A DNA stretch of 64,000 nt from Balanoglossus misakiensis (GCA_040954595.2 CM082580.2:8658390-8722389); one strand, 5' to 3'. Shown: positions 1 through 11,318, counted from the first letter of the stretch. Notes: a model not told the origin generated them from the sequence alone. Made by a program: numbers and translations.

Positions 1-405
1 GTTACATCAAGGTACGTTGCAGCTGGGCATTTCTCTAGAACTGGAATAAATTTCAACTGGATGATCAGGACAATTTTTAAAAAGACTCTAACCACAAAGT
101 TGTTGATAAAGTTTTCACTTGTAAATACAGCAAATATTCCTCCCTGATACTTTCTTTACATTCACCATTTCAACGTTTAATATATTTCTGATGTAAACTT
201 AACTACAGTGTATTTAATTGTTTGTGTGCAAGTGTGCTTCTGAATGAGAATGAATGTACACACACTTGCAGATTTGGAGCACACACACATCAACACATCC
301 AGGTTTCCCGATGTATTTTTTTTCCTATTTTATTTGCAGGATGGTTTTCTGTTTGCAATCAGTCCATGCAGAAAAGGAGGAAATGATGCTTACAATGAAA
401 TTTAA
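1..405 (+). CDS. 3' end (last two exons) of a CD-MPR/ATG27-like MRH-domain membrane protein, array paralog 0 (5' part outside window)
   Basis: Window opens with ..GT TAC ATC AAG|gtacgt (GYIK, exon end at 11), the same exon end as in the downstream paralogs. Acceptor ttgcag| then exon 340..405 reads DGFLFAISPCRKGGNDAYNEI*, homologous to the last exons of paralogs 1-3. AATAAA at 657-662. Confidence 0.88.
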
Positions 406-980
406 ACTTCAAACAGAACAAATAAGAACTTGTATGATACAACTAAAACAATTTTGTCGGAGGAATTGTTGTTTACATGTAACCAAGACTCGTGATTCAT
501 AATCAGTTGTGGAGTACACCATGATTATTGTCCCTGATTTTGATATTGGTCCATTTTAAGAAATTTACCAAAGAAACCAACTCTGATTTTTGCAATTCAA
601 GATTTTAAAAAATCCAAGACATGTATAAACTTTACTTAAAAGTTTTATTAAAGTTGAATAAATATTGTAAATACCATTTGCTATTGAAGCCTAGTGAATA
701 ATTGTTGAATAAGTGAAATTATTTCTCTGGATTTTCTAATTTCAATTTTTACAAAACTATAACTCAAATGCCTGTCAATATTGAAAAAAATAGTATCCAA
801 ATATAAGATTGTGTTTGTAATTATCAGTTTCAATTCTGCATGATATTAATAGCATGGACTTTTCCTGTTGTGTACAGTCACATACTGATCCATGTTCCTT
901 TATTAAGCAGAGTTAATGATTCACCGTGAAAGTAAAATGTGACATCAAAAGCTTGATTACGATCTCCTGGCCAAACAAGA

Positions 981-993
981 TGACCTGTGACCT
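981..993. promoter_or_regulatory. TGACCT direct repeat (DR1) upstream of paralog 1
   Basis: TGACCT-G-TGACCT ~96 bp before the ATG; equivalent repeats precede paralogs 2 and 3. Confidence 0.45.
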
Positions 994-1088
994 TGTCACA
1001 CTCAGGGTGCTTGACTCTCGTTTTTGGAGGTGTATCAAGGGCCCCACCCCTTCTGACATGCTCAGTGGAACTTTTTGGACAAACAGCA

Positions 1089-3222
1089 ATGGCTATAAAG
1101 AAGCTGCTATGCTCTCTGCTGCTATTGTTTTTGCCAATGCAAGCTGCCGGAGACTGCAAGAAGATCGACTCTTGTTCGTGTCAGCTGGACAGCGGAGTTG
1201 TGATAGACTTGAAAGATGTCGGTCACAATGATGGCACACCGAGGTGGGTTATAAAGTCTCGATTCAGTATTGCAACATTCGTTTTTATATTCAGTCAACA
1301 TCACATGATTTTCACATGTTGTCAAAGTCACATAGCTGCTTGTAGGTTTTAACCTCTGTCGAAGTCTGAAGAATTTTTCAACATTAAAAAAATAATGAGA
1401 AAAAGACCATTGTGCTAATTTAGCAATATCTTTTTGAATTAACTTTGTCAATTATACAATATTTGGCCATAGTAATTTCAATATTTGTTGTACAACACAT
1501 TTTCATTACCCTCCACAGGTTTCTAGATCAGAAAGACCCTAACAGTGATTACTATTACAGTTATAATCCTTGCTATGATTTCTCAGAGAGTGGAGATTGT
1601 GTCAATGTTGCTGTAAGTATGAGTTCAAAATCCGTTAATCATAAAAAATATTTCCATGGCCTTAAATTCCTACTTGCTGGCCTCAAATGAAAAATTGATT
1701 ATGGGTTTTTGTCTTCTTGACATATATGCATGCACATGCTTCAAGATTTCCTGACAGTCCAATAAGATTTATTTATCTGATGAACATCTACGGTCGGCAG
1801 AATTTCAAATTAGAATTTTTTCTCGCACAGTCATGTCAGAAAACAAGCCCAGATGTTGGTGCAACATACTATGACCTTGGTGATCAAACTTCAGCAGAGT
1901 TTATCATGGAAGGCAATGACATCATACTTCAGTACACTGGACAGGGAATTGTGGATCCCACACTTCGGTAGGTTAAAGCACAGAAATCTCGTTTCTATAG
2001 TTAATGGGACAAAATCACTGACTTTTGACGTTTAACCTATAAACCTATAGAATATTTTTGCAAGGGTCTTCATGTTAAATTTGATGTGGTAATTTTTACA
2101 GGACAAGTAAAGTTAAGTTGGTCTGCTCGGATTCTGGAGACATGCTGGTTGTGCATGGAGAACTTCAGGAAACAATCTATGTAAGTGAATGCATCTTGCT
2201 GTCTGTATTCAAAACTTCATGACTGAAGAAGACTCAACGCCCTCTTGCGGCAGACAATGTCATAGACTTTTGTTTTCCCTATTGGCAGAATAACAAAAGA
2301 CCCCCTCCCAACAATTTTCCTCTTTGCACAGTAAGTTTCTTGATTAGAGCGCCCCATATAACTAAACATATCAACTACCCTTGTTTTTATCAGCAATGGC
2401 AATCAGTCGTTCAAAGAGACCATATGCAGTACATTGCACCAGCAGAAGTTGGAAGATTGTACTCATATATTCATTCTTTTACAGAGCTTTGATCTGGTGT
2501 CCCCCCACTGTTGTACCGGCAGTGAAGCTGCAGGTGGTTTAAGTGTAGGCTCCATTCTTCTAATAACGTAAGTTGAATCTCTGCCTTTATCTCATGAATA
2601 AGCAAGCACCTATCGATCAGTTTTGTGCTGTAATTCTGACAACAATTTAGTGATAATTTCACAATTTTGTCCTTCGATATACAAATTTGAGAATTGGAGA
2701 GAAATCTGATCAATCTAAAAAACAAGTTCCTCCTTTTTAATTTCAGTGCTCTGGTTCTGGTCATAGTGTACGTCATCGGAGGAATTCTGTTCATGAAATT
2801 TGTGAAACATGAAGAAGGAAGTAACATCATCCCAAACAAAGGATTCTGGGTAACTTTACCAGGCTATATCAAGGTACACCAATCACTTAAAGTCTTGTTA
2901 TTTGCAAACAGATAAAATTCTTAGAATAGTTTGACAAGAGAAAATGGAAGTTGCTTTCAAGGTCACAATATTTTAAAGAGTGGTTTTGGTCAATCAGTCA
3001 CTATTCATCAAGACATGTTTCCTGTAATATAAAGTGGCTGCACAAATCTCGCAAAGAACAGCGCCACATCACAAGTAAACACTCCCAGAATTGGCTTAAA
3101 TCAACAGAATGACAGCCATCGATATGACACACATGACCCTCTTTCATCCTCATTCTCAGGATGGAGCACTTTTTGTGGCAACTCCGTGTCGACAAAAGAA
3201 AACCTCTTACAATGAGATCTAG
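1089..3222 (+). CDS. Cation-dependent mannose-6-phosphate receptor-like / ATG27-family type-I membrane protein, paralog 1 (245 aa, 7 exons)
   Basis: Exons 1089-1243, 1519-1612, 1831-1967, 2102-2180, 2485-2567, 2747-2873, 3160-3222; all GT-AG; total 738 nt, open frame. Protein: signal peptide MAIKKLLCSLLLLFLPMQAAG; MRH-type motifs CSC..IDL, YSYNPC, CQK, YDLGDQ, LQYTG, RTSKVKLVC, HGE, IYSFDL..CC; TM GLSVGSILLITALVLVIVYVIGGILF; tail IPNKGFWVTLPGYIKDG..SYNEI*. The GLS.GS.L / Y..GG.L / P...FW..L....DG pattern is that of CD-MPR and ATG27. Confidence 0.9.
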
Positions 3223-4261
3223 CAGGTCATTGACCTCTGACGCTGAGCCTGTGTGTCTTTGACAAAGCTGGCTGAAGTCTGAAAGCTGGAGACCAACACA
3301 CTTTTCTGGTGACCATAAAAAAACGCAAGGTTTACAAATATGCTGCTGGTAAAAACATTTACAACGCAGAACCGAACCGAACCGAACATGAGACAGCAAA
3401 TAGTATTACCAGTCTCATCCATTGGTTTTCAGTACTATTTGGGTCTTACAGTTTAAGCTTCACAATTTTGACTTCTGACAGATGTGTGCGTTCATTTAAC
3501 CTGGTCATTTTTCACCCACTTTACAACAAATACTATTGTTAACTGTATATATATACGAAATCACAAGTGTTCATTGCATTCCTAAACAGTTATCAAATAA
3601 TAAATATTTGCAGAAAATGACCTTATTGATTGAATTATGCAAGGTTGTATAAAGACACATCTGAAAACTTAGAATTGGCTTTCTGTATCTGCAAGAGGAC
3701 GACCTCATATTTATTGTGTTTATGAAGTGCATATATGACAAAACAGAATGCAGTAAAACAGGCACAGAAAGCAATTGAAAGTTAAGTATTTCATTATTTT
3801 TAAACATTTTAGTTTCACATTGGTGCATGTTTTTAGTTTTAAGAATATTCATAACTTCTTTTGAAAAGTTGCAGCCACCCTGAAAGGTTCAAATACTACC
3901 AATAGTAAAAACAGATCAAGAAGATATTTGACCTTGCACACCCTTTAACTCTGTTATCTTGCAAGTGACCTTTACCTGTGATAAATGTGTTGTGACCGAC
4001 TATCTGAATCAGAATCCTCTATTTCGCACTTTGCACTCTATTATAGTGTCATGGGTTATAGTATTACCCCCGGTAACTTAAATATTAATCCTGTGTTTTA
4101 CATTCTACTGGATGAATATGTTCCGCACACTGGAATTTTTGATCAACATAACTTGATTTAACTTGAAATTGAAATTAAAGCCTTTTTTTTCACAGCTACA
4201 CCTACAACCCACAGACATCGCATGACATTCTGAAGTTTCAAACTTAGTGGCTCGCATCCTG

Positions 4262-4277
4262 TGACCTGGTTTGACCT
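4262..4277. promoter_or_regulatory. TGACCT direct repeat (DR4) upstream of paralog 2
   Basis: TGACCT-GGTT-TGACCT ~123 bp before the ATG. Confidence 0.45.
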
Positions 4278-4399
4278 TTTTGAAGTGCTCCAACCAATCT
4301 TGTGATCGGCGTTTTGTGAAAACTTAACAGTTCCCTATCTGTGTGCACCAGTTAATATAGCCCACTCAGGACTTCTGTCCGCACACCTACAGTCACAAG

Positions 4400-6646
4400 A
4401 TGGGATCCACCCCTTTGCGGAATTATATAGGCCAGGATGTGTGGATAGTTTGTCTTTTCGCTGTTCTTCTCCTCCGCCAAGCTGTGACAGTCGGAGGAGC
4501 AGATTGCAAGAAAATCAATTCATGTTCCTGTTCACCTGGTGACGGTACCCATATCGACTTGGCACCTCTTGCACACAACGACGGCACTGCAAGGTAAAAT
4601 AATTTGCCAATCAACCTGTGTGATATGTCAAGGCTGTGTCCCTTAAATAAAGGAGCCAATGTGGCAAGCAGGGTATATATGTATATAAAATAAACTGAAC
4701 AGGTGGTTTCCCAAACTAAATTTTGCTATATTAATTTTACCAGGTTTGCTGACCAGAAAGCCGTTGATAATTTCTACTACAGCTACAACCCATGTCATGA
4801 TTTCTCAGAAGGAGGAGATTGTACAAACGTTGCGGTGAGTATAATTCAGTTGCCACAATTCTCATTTGAAGTCATACACAACCACACTGTCCTTTTATTT
4901 TGATGATATCACCCACAGGTATGTCAGAAAACCTCACTGGGAGTGGGAGCAACCACGTACGACCTGGGTGACCAATCCACGGCCCTGTTTATCACAGAAG
5001 GAAGTGACCTTTATTTGCAGTATACTGGTAGTGGAACTGCTGACCCCAAAATCAGGTAGGCCAGGTGCACGCACGCAGGTAGTAGACTTTGGGAATAATT
5101 TGGTGCAACCTTTTCTTTGACTTTAAATCCTCTAGAGCTGCCAAATGTCAGACATTTTTTTCCAGAATAAAACACTTCAAATCTTCTCCCTATCCTTTTA
5201 AATCCTCACCATTAAAGCCATATTACTCGTATTTGCATCAGTTTGTCATCTCTTGGCCATGCATACCATGATAGATGCGCACTGTTTTTATGGAGGCTGA
5301 TTAAATGGGTGAGGCACCCGTTTAAAATACATGTAGCGTGTTTGAGATGCAACATACAATCGGGCGTCGAGCAGATGTTCATGTATACCTAAAGCTTATT
5401 TAGTTGGACCAATTTAAGTTGGAAAATAAAATCATGAAAATAATGCAAAAAGCGGCAGCTGTAGAGGCTTTAATGGCATAGCACTGTCCACAACCACACT
5501 GGTGGAAAAACAAACCCTAAAAACACATTCCTATATTATAATTGTATTTTCAACCTGGTTGACAGAACAAGTAAAGTGAAGCTCACTTGCGTTGAAAGTG
5601 GGACAGATGTGTTAGTTGCACACGGAGAGACACAACCTGAATCCTTGATCTATGTAAGTAATTGTTGCTATTATAGCTCATCCAATCCATCAACTTGATA
5701 AAACATGCCTGATTAGAATTATTGGATATTGCATTCGAAGGCAATCACATTTTTGTGAAAAGTTAGAAAAATTTAAACCAGTAATTACTATCAAAAAGTA
5801 TAAAATAATTAGTGTGCACAGAAGTCACTTTCAAATCTTGTTTTTTTTTTCAGCAAGGAGTGTCAGTATTAATACCCAGTATATGTTTATTTGCAGACTT
5901 TTGATCTGATATCAAAAGAATGTTGTCCGAAGGCGGGTGATGGTAGTGGTGGAGGTGGTGGTCTGAGTGCCGGTACTGTACTCTGCATTATGTAAGTCTT
6001 TGATTATGATACAATATTCCATTCTGCATAAATCGATATACACACAGGGACGTGAATATAAGTAATAATATTTCAATATTTTGTAATCAAAAATCTGATT
6101 TTCATAACTTTTTTCGTTTCCAGATTTCTGGTTATTGTGACTCTTTATATAGTTGGTGGCGTTCTTTTCATGAAATTTGGAAAACAAGCTGAAGGCCTGG
6201 ATCTCATACCGAACAGAGATTTCTGGGTGTCATTACCGGGTCTAATCAAGGTATTTGCTAACATTCTCATCATCCTGCTCAAGCCCCCCTCCTCCAAAAA
6301 ACAAAGGTTTATATTGATGACATTTTAGCTGTACATGTACTTTGTCATGGTGTGATGTCCATCCTTTCAATATCACATAAAAACTGGTCCAATATTAATC
6401 ATTTTCATTCAATTTACTGGTACAAAACAATGAAAAAATTATAATTTTTAGTAGGTCATCTTGAACCGTGTTCAGCAAAAGGTAAATGTTTAATGTTACA
6501 AAAAAGTAATAAAAATTGCTGTTTCACTTTTGTTTGTCAAAAAGCATGAAATTGTTCTGTTTGTTTTTTTCTGTTTCTAGGATGGGTTCTTGTTTGTCAT
6601 CAGTCCATGCACGAAAGGATCCACAAAACCTTACGATGCAATATAG
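4400..6646 (+). CDS. CD-MPR-like / ATG27-family type-I membrane protein, paralog 2 (265 aa, 7 exons)
   Basis: Exons 4400-4593, 4744-4834, 4919-5055, 5566-5653, 5897-5991, 6124-6250, 6581-6646; 798 nt open frame, same intron phases as paralog 1. Motifs DCKKINSCSC..IDL, YSYNPC, VCQK, YDLGDQ, RTSKVKLTC, HGE, IYTFDL..ECC, Gly-rich stalk, TM, FWVSLPGLIKDG..PYDAI*. AATAAA at 7057-7062. Confidence 0.9.
5127..5469. mobile_element. TTAA-flanked MITE (Kolobok/T2-like) in intron 3 of paralog 2
   Basis: TTAA(5123-5126)-ATCCTCTAGAGCTGCC ... GGCAGCTGTAGAGGCT-TTAA(5470-5473); TIRs match 14/16. The intron is 510 bp versus 134 and 154 bp in the other paralogs; removing the element plus one TTAA leaves 163 bp. 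Confidence 0.8.
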
Positions 6647-7306
6647 ACTAAAAGTCAGTTCATATAATTCTGTCTTAAACCTTTTCAGTTTTTTATACAT
6701 AACTTTCAAACAGTATATAACAAATTGTATGACATTTCAGGACACTGCAGTTTCTTATGTTCTAACAAAGCTCGATAAATGTTTTCATGAACTAGTATCA
6801 CTTTCAATCAACTGTTAAATTCCTGAAACAATTGTAGAACAGCTAGATTAAAGAAAATAATTATGATTTCACATAGATCTGCTGTTTTCAGTTTGTGAAC
6901 AATTTAACTGAAGCTCTTTACTTTTTGTAAATGCAATATGTATTTGTATTTAATTAATTCAATTGAATAATAGACACTCATTTTTGCATAAATTGAAACT
7001 TATTTTCAGGGTTTATTTGAACAGACTTTGACTAGATAAATTAACTTTAAGAAATTAATAAAAACTTTTTTTTCACACAAGAATATGCCCAGACCAAATT
7101 ATTGAACAACGTGTTCACTTTCACCTGAGATGCAATTCGATGGAAAACCTGTTATATACACACCATCATTTATTGGTGTAAGTGTCCCATGAAGTAATGT
7201 CATACTAAGTTATATACCTGCACCGGGAAAAAAACAGCCTAACCATACATTTGTGTATGCATGTATACCTATGAGCTAGACTGTCTTCAGAATCGACCTG
7301 TGTTCA

Positions 7307-7321
7307 TGACCTGTCTGACCT
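7307..7321. promoter_or_regulatory. TGACCT direct repeat (DR3) upstream of paralog 3
   Basis: TGACCT-GTC-TGACCT ~105 bp before the ATG. Confidence 0.45.
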
Positions 7322-7425
7322 CCACTGAATCACTAGTAACATATCAACTTTATGATATTTATCAGTAAAAGATCTTTGTCCCCAACGGGTGCATGCAAGC
7401 GGTCATATGAGTTAAGTCAAACAAG

Positions 7426-9690
7426 ATGGAGTCCACTCCAATTCTGAGGACAGGTCGGGCGATTCCGATACTAATTGTGTTATCAATAACTTTGCTGCTA
7501 CTACAAGTTCCCGATGTACGGGCACAGTGCTCGAAGACTGATTCCTGCTCATGCTCCTTCAAAAATGGTTCAATTATTGACTTGAAGGCACTCGGAAACA
7601 CGGACGGTACTGCCCGGTAATGTACATGTTGCATGTCGCAAAATTCATCTGATTAAATTATCTGTGTCAGCACGCATGTCACATGACAATACATACAGGT
7701 AGCAGGTATACCAGTATGAATTACTACTTGTCATCCACAAGCTCTTTCTTACATTTGCCCCAGTTGTTAGTTGAACTACATCTGAAGTAAATTTCATGGA
7801 AATTTTTCATCTGGTGGACTGAAAATGTTCTTATTGCATTCTGTGTATTGGCAAATGGAAAATCAAATGAATTGATTATTAACTAAATTTATGGCATTTT
7901 TATTGGGTCATGTATGTTTTTATAATTAACTTTGAATGTGCACTAATTAGTAAATCTAATTGTTTCAGCTTTCCAGATACTGAAGCGTCCGATAACTTCC
8001 TTTACAGTTATAATCCGTGCTTTGACTTTTCCGACGGTGACAATTGTCAGAATGTTGCAGTAAGCACTATACTTTGTTGCTACCCAGAGAGAATATATTA
8101 TTTGCGTGAAATAGTATTTTCTAAATGTTTCAGAAATATGAAAATAAGAGATTCAACTAGGAATCATGTACTGCAGACGTAAACAATGTATGTTAATTGT
8201 TGCAATATATAGTAGTCAATTGAATTTTACAATTGTTTATTTGCACTTGTTGAAATCAGAAAGTGCAACATTTCATGAAAGAAACCTATTAAATGATTTC
8301 ATTTTCACCAAGTTTCTCATCTGTGTATAAAAATAATACCAAATGACTTGTTCTTAGTCTCTAAATTGCCTAGTTACCGGAATACCCCTATAAAGAACAG
8401 CTTATATGTACAATTATACAACAAACAACTATTTGTTGCATATTTCAAATAGCTCATTTTTTATGACTATAATATGAACACATGATTGTACTGTTTTATT
8501 TTTCACATGTACATGTATGTTTATTAGATGTGTCAGAAAGGCATCGCAGACCACTATGATCTGGGTGACCAGAGCAGTGCTTTATTCATCACTGCAGAGG
8601 ACGGTAATCTTATCATAGAATATTCTGGTGTTACGGGAGGAACAACAAGGTAAAGAGAGATATCACTGTCTCTTTCCCGCAAAAGTTGCATGAAAACATC
8701 CAATCAACTATGCCTTAATACTTTACCGTATAAGTCTTTCTTGCAAATCAAGAACAACACATACAAACATCAAAATCTACACATTTCTGTTTGTTGTTGA
8801 CAGAACTAGCAAAGTCAAGCTGCTATGTGCTCAGGGTGATACGCAGTTTACTGCAAATGGTGAAACAGCTCCAGAATCAACTATCTATGTAAGTGTTGTA
8901 GGTTAAAACAGACAAGAAGAATTTAAACTGGAAATCTAAATGCACTTTCTCACAATAATCACCAATTTTAAATAAAATAAATTTATTCTTCAAATTACAG
9001 GAGTTTGACTTGAAGTCTGTGGAGTGCTGTCCCAAAGCAGGTGGTGGCAGTGGTCTTAGTACTGGTACAATTCTCTGCATTACGTAAGTTATAATCAACT
9101 GTATACTTTTATATTATACATATTGAATTAATTTATCATAAACAAGTCATCATCATCGACACCACCACAACCACTGCCATGATCACAATCATGGCGGACT
9201 TGATAAACAAACAAATTATCGTTTCTTTAATGAAATCTGTCAAAAAGGAATATTCATGTATTTTTTGGGTATAACAATTCCCTTTTTTCACACATTTTTC
9301 GCAGATTTCTGTGTCTAGTTACCGTGTACCTTGTGGGTGGAATCCTGTACCAGAAATTTGTCAAGCATGAAGAGGGGCTTGATTTAATACCACACAAAGA
9401 ATTCTGGATGTCTTTACCGGGCTTGATCAAGGTATGTGCATTGAAAACAATTATGGAAACTAATCTGAACATAAACACAAAAAGGGACTGCTAGCTGTTA
9501 TTCTATTTTGCTGTGAATTTTTTGGTTTCATTTTAAAGAACAGTCCATGTACTCCATGGCATTCCGGTTGATAGGTCATATATGTTCAATATTTTTTATA
9601 TCTCTTCTTTCCCATTTTCAGGATGGTTTCTTGTTTGCTATCAGTCCTTGCTATAAAAGTTCAATGTCGCCGTCGTATGAAAGAATTTAG
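7426..9690 (+). CDS. CD-MPR-like / ATG27-family type-I membrane protein, paralog 3 (255 aa, 7 exons)
   Basis: Exons 7426-7616, 7969-8059, 8528-8649, 8804-8888, 9001-9083, 9305-9431, 9622-9690; 768 nt open frame, same intron phases. Motifs QCSKTDSCSC..IDL, YSYNPC, MCQK, YDLGDQ, RTSKVKLLC, NGE, IYEFDL..ECC, TM, FWMSLPGLIKDG..SYERI*. AATAAA at 10313-10318. Confidence 0.9.
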
Positions 9691-10312
9691 ATGGTTGGAT
9701 GGAAACAAATGACAAGAAGCTGGGATGCCTTAATTCCTGCTAATTTGTGGACATGAAAATTGTAGGTTATTTTATAAGTATGTACAACTGACATTTTGGC
9801 AAGTTATGCATATTTATTTTAACTACAACAGTCACTTGAGTAGATCGCATGTGCAATCATTTTAAATTTTCTATGATTTTTTTACTGACACATTATTGAC
9901 CAAATCCATGTCACTGTGACAAAAATCTTAAGCATATAGTACTCAGGAATGTTTTAGGCTTATAGTTTATTTTTTTAGGACATAATTCATTGGCCATATA
10001 CAAGACCTTTCGTGTGGATATTTGATTTATACATGTATATATTTAACATCGTGAGAGATATATAAGGATCTAAATAGTGTTTTTTTATGTTTCATCTTGT
10101 TATTAGTTGGGGGGTGTACCGGGGTACTCCTATAAAATGTCAGTGTCATTGCGAGTTCCATGCTTGAGTCATTTTAGGCTATACACAGTTATTTCATTGC
10201 TTAATTCTTTTTTGACAAAAATGTTCATAATTTAATCCTCTCAGTGAACTTTTATGACCAGAACATGTAATTTGTAATTACACCTTAATTGTTGTCTTTA
10301 TAAAAAAAAACT

Positions 10313-10318
10313 AATAAA
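10313..10318 (+). terminator. Candidate polyadenylation signal of paralog 3
   Basis: AATAAA ~620 bp after the stop, at the end of a U-rich 3'UTR-like tract. Equivalent signals at 657-662, 3599-3604 and 7057-7062 for the other paralogs. Confidence 0.5.
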
Positions 10319-10531
10319 AGCTGTAAAACAGACTCTGCTAGTATAATACTGTCAGTGTTTTGCTATCGATCGATCTGCTACTACCATAGAGCATGCATGG
10401 TGACAACTATCAGCAGACGAAAAGAGCAGACATATACGGAGCCTAATTAGTATACATTGCTACAGCTGATTTTAATCAGATTGGTGAACAACTTTCCTGT
10501 TTATAAACATTGCATTCACAGACTGTGTTAA

Positions 10532-10616
10532 CCCTTTCATCCCCAGTCCCCTCTTTAGAAGTCCAATTTTACCATACAAAACAATGGATTTGGACTGAAC
10601 CATGGTAGTGAAAGGG
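10532..10616. mobile_element. piggyBac-type mini-MITE family A, copy 1
   Basis: TTAA-CCCTTTCA ... TGAAAGGG-TTAA; internal sequence recurs inverted at 12116-12201 and partially at ~45676-45731. Confidence 0.8.
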
Positions 10617-11249
10617 TTAAGGTAAAGTTACAAATAGCCTGGCAAACATGTTCTTGTCACTTTGTTGACACGTTCTCCTGATATCATGACCTTAGGCAAG
10701 TCCTGTAAAAGTGGCTGTATAACAGAGCTTGAAGTACCTTTCTCACATACCATCAAACATTCCTAATCAATAGCTAAGAGTAACTTAAAATTTACAAGTT
10801 TTCTAGAAAAAAACTGACAGAAAACTGTTACTTACAGTAGAGAATGTGCGCAGTAAGGGCTGCAAGCCAGGAGAATAGGCACCCTCGATTTTCGTTGTCA
10901 TTTTCCACGAACGATGGTTATGTACAGTCTTCAGTGAGGCTACGAAAACCTTGGAAAATTCAGTCCATAATCGTCATCACCTTCACTTTCACTTGGGTGT
11001 CCAAAATTGTTCTGGATTGAACGAATAGTTTCGTTTTTCCTCACTACTTTCAGCCATGATGTTTGTCCGTCAAAGACTGAGCTCCGAATGAGGGCAACAT
11101 GGCACCTCACTGACCACCTGACAAATGCGCTGCCTGACAACTGTCCAATCGAAATGTGTGTGTTGCACCAGGTGCATTTTGTGAAGCTTGTGATTGGTTG
11201 ATGTGATTGAGCAGCTGATTAACATACTAAGATCACAGCTGTGTGAAAG

Positions 11250-11318
11250 GGACTGTAAGAGGTGCTTCGTATAGACAGGTGTTCAGATTAGGAATCGGTT
11301 TAGACAGGTTTTACCGAA
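11250..11318. mobile_element. Second fragment of the same Tc1/mariner-pogo-type MITE end
   Basis: AGGTG..CGTATAGACAGGT....AGA....G.TTAGACAGGTTTTACCG parallels 25487-25549. Confidence 0.45.
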
